NCBI RefSeq assembly: GCF_009914755.1
Contig: NC_060926.1
Length of the DNA: 64,000 nt
Reading direction: 5' to 3' (one strand)
Source of the DNA: the human T2T-CHM13v2.0 reference genome, Homo sapiens
Shown: piece by piece, positions 59,581 through 64,000 of the stretch
How positions within the stretch are numbered: position 1 is the first letter of the stretch
Layout of the letters: each line of letters begins with the position of its first letter
The notes under the pieces: model-generated
Seen by the model: only the letters and a program-made list of their open reading frames with translations
The model's database searches: none
What the model was told of the DNA's origin: nothing
Made by a program: the position numbers and the translations under genes

Positions 59581-59878
59581 ACCGGGTGCAGTGGCTCACA
59601 CTTGTAATCATAGCACTTTGAGAGGCCAAGGTGGGTGGATCATTAGAGCCCAGGAGTTTGAGACCAGCCTGGACAACATGACAAAACCCTATCTCTTTCA
59701 AAAAAATACAAAAATTAGCCAAGTGTAGTGGTGCGCGCCTGTAGTCCCAGCTACTTGGGAAGCTAAGGTGGAAGGATCACTTGAGGCCTGGAGGCGGAGG
59801 TTTCAGTGGGCCCAGATCGCTCCACTGCACTCCAGCCTGGGCAATGAATCCAGACCCTGTCTCATAAAAGAAAAGAAA
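59581..59878 (+). mobile_element. AluJ/S
   Basis: Full dimer; TSD-like agaaattacatatagtt / agaaattacacacagtt. Confidence 0.9.
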
Positions 59879-60906
59879 TTACACACAGTTTAAATGTTTA
59901 GCCCCACAAGAGTGCTCCAGGAAGAAAGAAGTGCCTTACTCATGCCACACCCCTGGGGCCCCAGTCTGAAAGGGGCTATGCCTCAACAATGCTGACAGCA
60001 TCCAGATGGCTTTCCATCCAGAGCAGGTGCAGATCCCAAAGTAGGATTATTTGAGTAGATGATGGGAAAGGTGGGGAAGATGATTAACATTCTCTAAGCA
60101 TCTGCCACTAGCCAGGCACCATCTAAGTACCACGGAAAGGAAAAGGTGGATGGAGGTGCTGGTCTTGAAGAAGTCTCAGTCACTTTCTGGGTGTAGATTG
60201 TGCAACTGTCAGTAAAGTGACAGAGAATGACTAACGTGAACCATCCTGGCCATTAGGATGCAGCAGAGATCTTCACTGATGAGTGTTGGACTGGATTTGG
60301 GAAGAAGACGCTAGGCAGAGGGATGAGTGTGAAGCTGCAGGAAGGGCCAGGCACTTGGAGAGGGACCTACTTGGCTGGCCTGTGAGAGCAGGGAGGCTTG
60401 GGCAGCAGGGGAGAGGGGGACAGACGCCCAAGGTGGCCGGGGTCAACTAAGCACATCCGTACTCCCCTGTTTCCACCTCTTCCTGACTCTTCGCCTTTGG
60501 GGTCTATGTGCTGAGGGGAGTCCAAGGCTGCTGGTCTAAAGAAGGGGGCCCAAGAGGGTCAGAAATGAGGAGACCTTGTCTTCATCTACATCCGTTCACA
60601 GACCCCCTCGTTGCCCTGAGCCTCCAGACCACCCTCAGCAATTTTTCTTTCCTAATTAAAATCAGTGACAATACAATGATGAGTTTTGAAAATACATTTA
60701 GTGTTTCTGTATATTTAAATAAGAAAACTGTGTGCATAAATGCAATGTGTTTTTTTCCTCCTTCTGATTTTGTATTAAAATAACATCTCTTGTTCCTTCT
60801 TTCTTTGGAAACCTTTGTTCACATCCTTCATGCTCCAAATAGCCAACAAATAGCACAGAAAGCATGGTCTTTCCTCCTAACTGTAGAGTCCTCTGTTCTT
60901 TGTTAA

Positions 60907-61231
<325 letters not shown>

Positions 61232-62084
61232 TGTGTCCATTTTTAAATGCATGGTGAGCTTGAAGTCATCAGAGCCCACTTTATTGTATAAACATTTTAT
61301 CATAATAGGTGTGGCCCATTAGAAAGACCTTATGGGTGAAGAGAGAGTCAAAAGGCTGGAAAAGATAGCTCATGGCTTTTTTGTGTGTGCTTTAAACTCC
61401 TCAGTTGTAAGCAATGAATTGGGACATTTACAGAGACCTATGCCAAGTATCAACACAGATGTCAACACAGATATCTGTAACACACAGCCCTTGCCCCCCA
61501 CCAGCAATTACAGACTAAAATCTAACAGATAGAGACCTGCAGTTCTTGAAGGCAAGGATTCTGTAACACTCATTTTGAACCCCACCATCAGGGACAGTGA
61601 GGGGCACCCGGTGGGTGTTTGTCTGCATGGTGAGTGAAGTGACATATGAGTTGGCCAGATGAAGGATAAATGCCCTGTGAACAGCATAGCCCCTAAATGA
61701 GAATTCAGAGTAAAGGCAGGAAAGAGAATGTCTAGGAGTTAAGCCTGGGTTTAGAGCTTGCCCTTCCACACTTACTAATAATCTGTGTGATATCAAGCAA
61801 ATTACCTAACGCTTCTGAACCCCACTGGCCTCATTCACTGCAGTGTTGCTGTGAGGATAAGAAATGAAATACATAAAACATCTAGTCCTGTGCATGACAC
61901 ATAATAGAGGCTCAGTAAATTTGACTGGGTGAGTATAGTTTTCCCCTGATTTTATTAACAATACATATTCACTGTGGAAAATGTAAATGATATCGTAAGG
62001 AAGAAAACAAGACACCTGAAATCCCACAACCCTAAAATAGCCACCATTAGCAGTTTGGTGACCACCTTTCATGCATCTCATTAT

Positions 62085-62088
<4 letters not shown>

Positions 62089-62115
<27 letters not shown>
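62089..62115. repeat. (CA)n microsatellite
   Basis: About 13 AC units. Confidence 0.9.
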
Positions 62116-62164
62116 ATGTTCATTGTAATTGTTATTTTTTCTTTCTTTGTTAAAAAATGAGGCT

Positions 62165-62651
<487 letters not shown>

Positions 62652-62659
62652 CTAAAAAT

Positions 62660-63970
<1,311 letters not shown>

Positions 63971-64000
63971 TGTGTCTTTGTGTGTGTGTGTGGCCTCTGA

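Overview
Human (primate) genomic DNA, very Alu-dense; an AluYa5 nearly identical to its subfamily consensus points to Homo sapiens. There is no intact protein-coding exon. Positions 1-43,000 are repeat-rich intergenic sequence: about 40 Alus, THE1, MER34, MER57, MER65 and MLT LTRs, an LTR12 solo LTR nested inside an AluY, a Charlie4 DNA transposon, a ~4.8 kb L1MC and a frameshifted CDKN2AIPNL processed pseudogene (minus strand, ~22.5-23.2 kb). A large CpG island (~43.0-45.7 kb) holds a + strand promoter with RFX, ZNF143/THAP11, CCAAT and GC-box motifs, plus non-coding first exon(s). From recall of the 5'UTR and the neighbouring retrocopy this is probably DPYSL5 (CRMP5, 2p23.3), unverified; the rest of the window would then be intron 1. 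Best leads: (1) a 42-nt hairpin matching the start of a MER57 LTR transcript, apparently retroposed by L1 with an A-tail and target-site duplication (TSD) - a possible LTR-derived micro-retroposon family; (2) an LTR12 with intact promoter motifs but a mutated poly(A) signal, pointing at the downstream gene; (3) several templated-insertion repair scars; (4) an Alu-fused, tailless retrocopy. Repeat subfamily names come from recalled consensus sequences, and most repeat coordinates are approximate.
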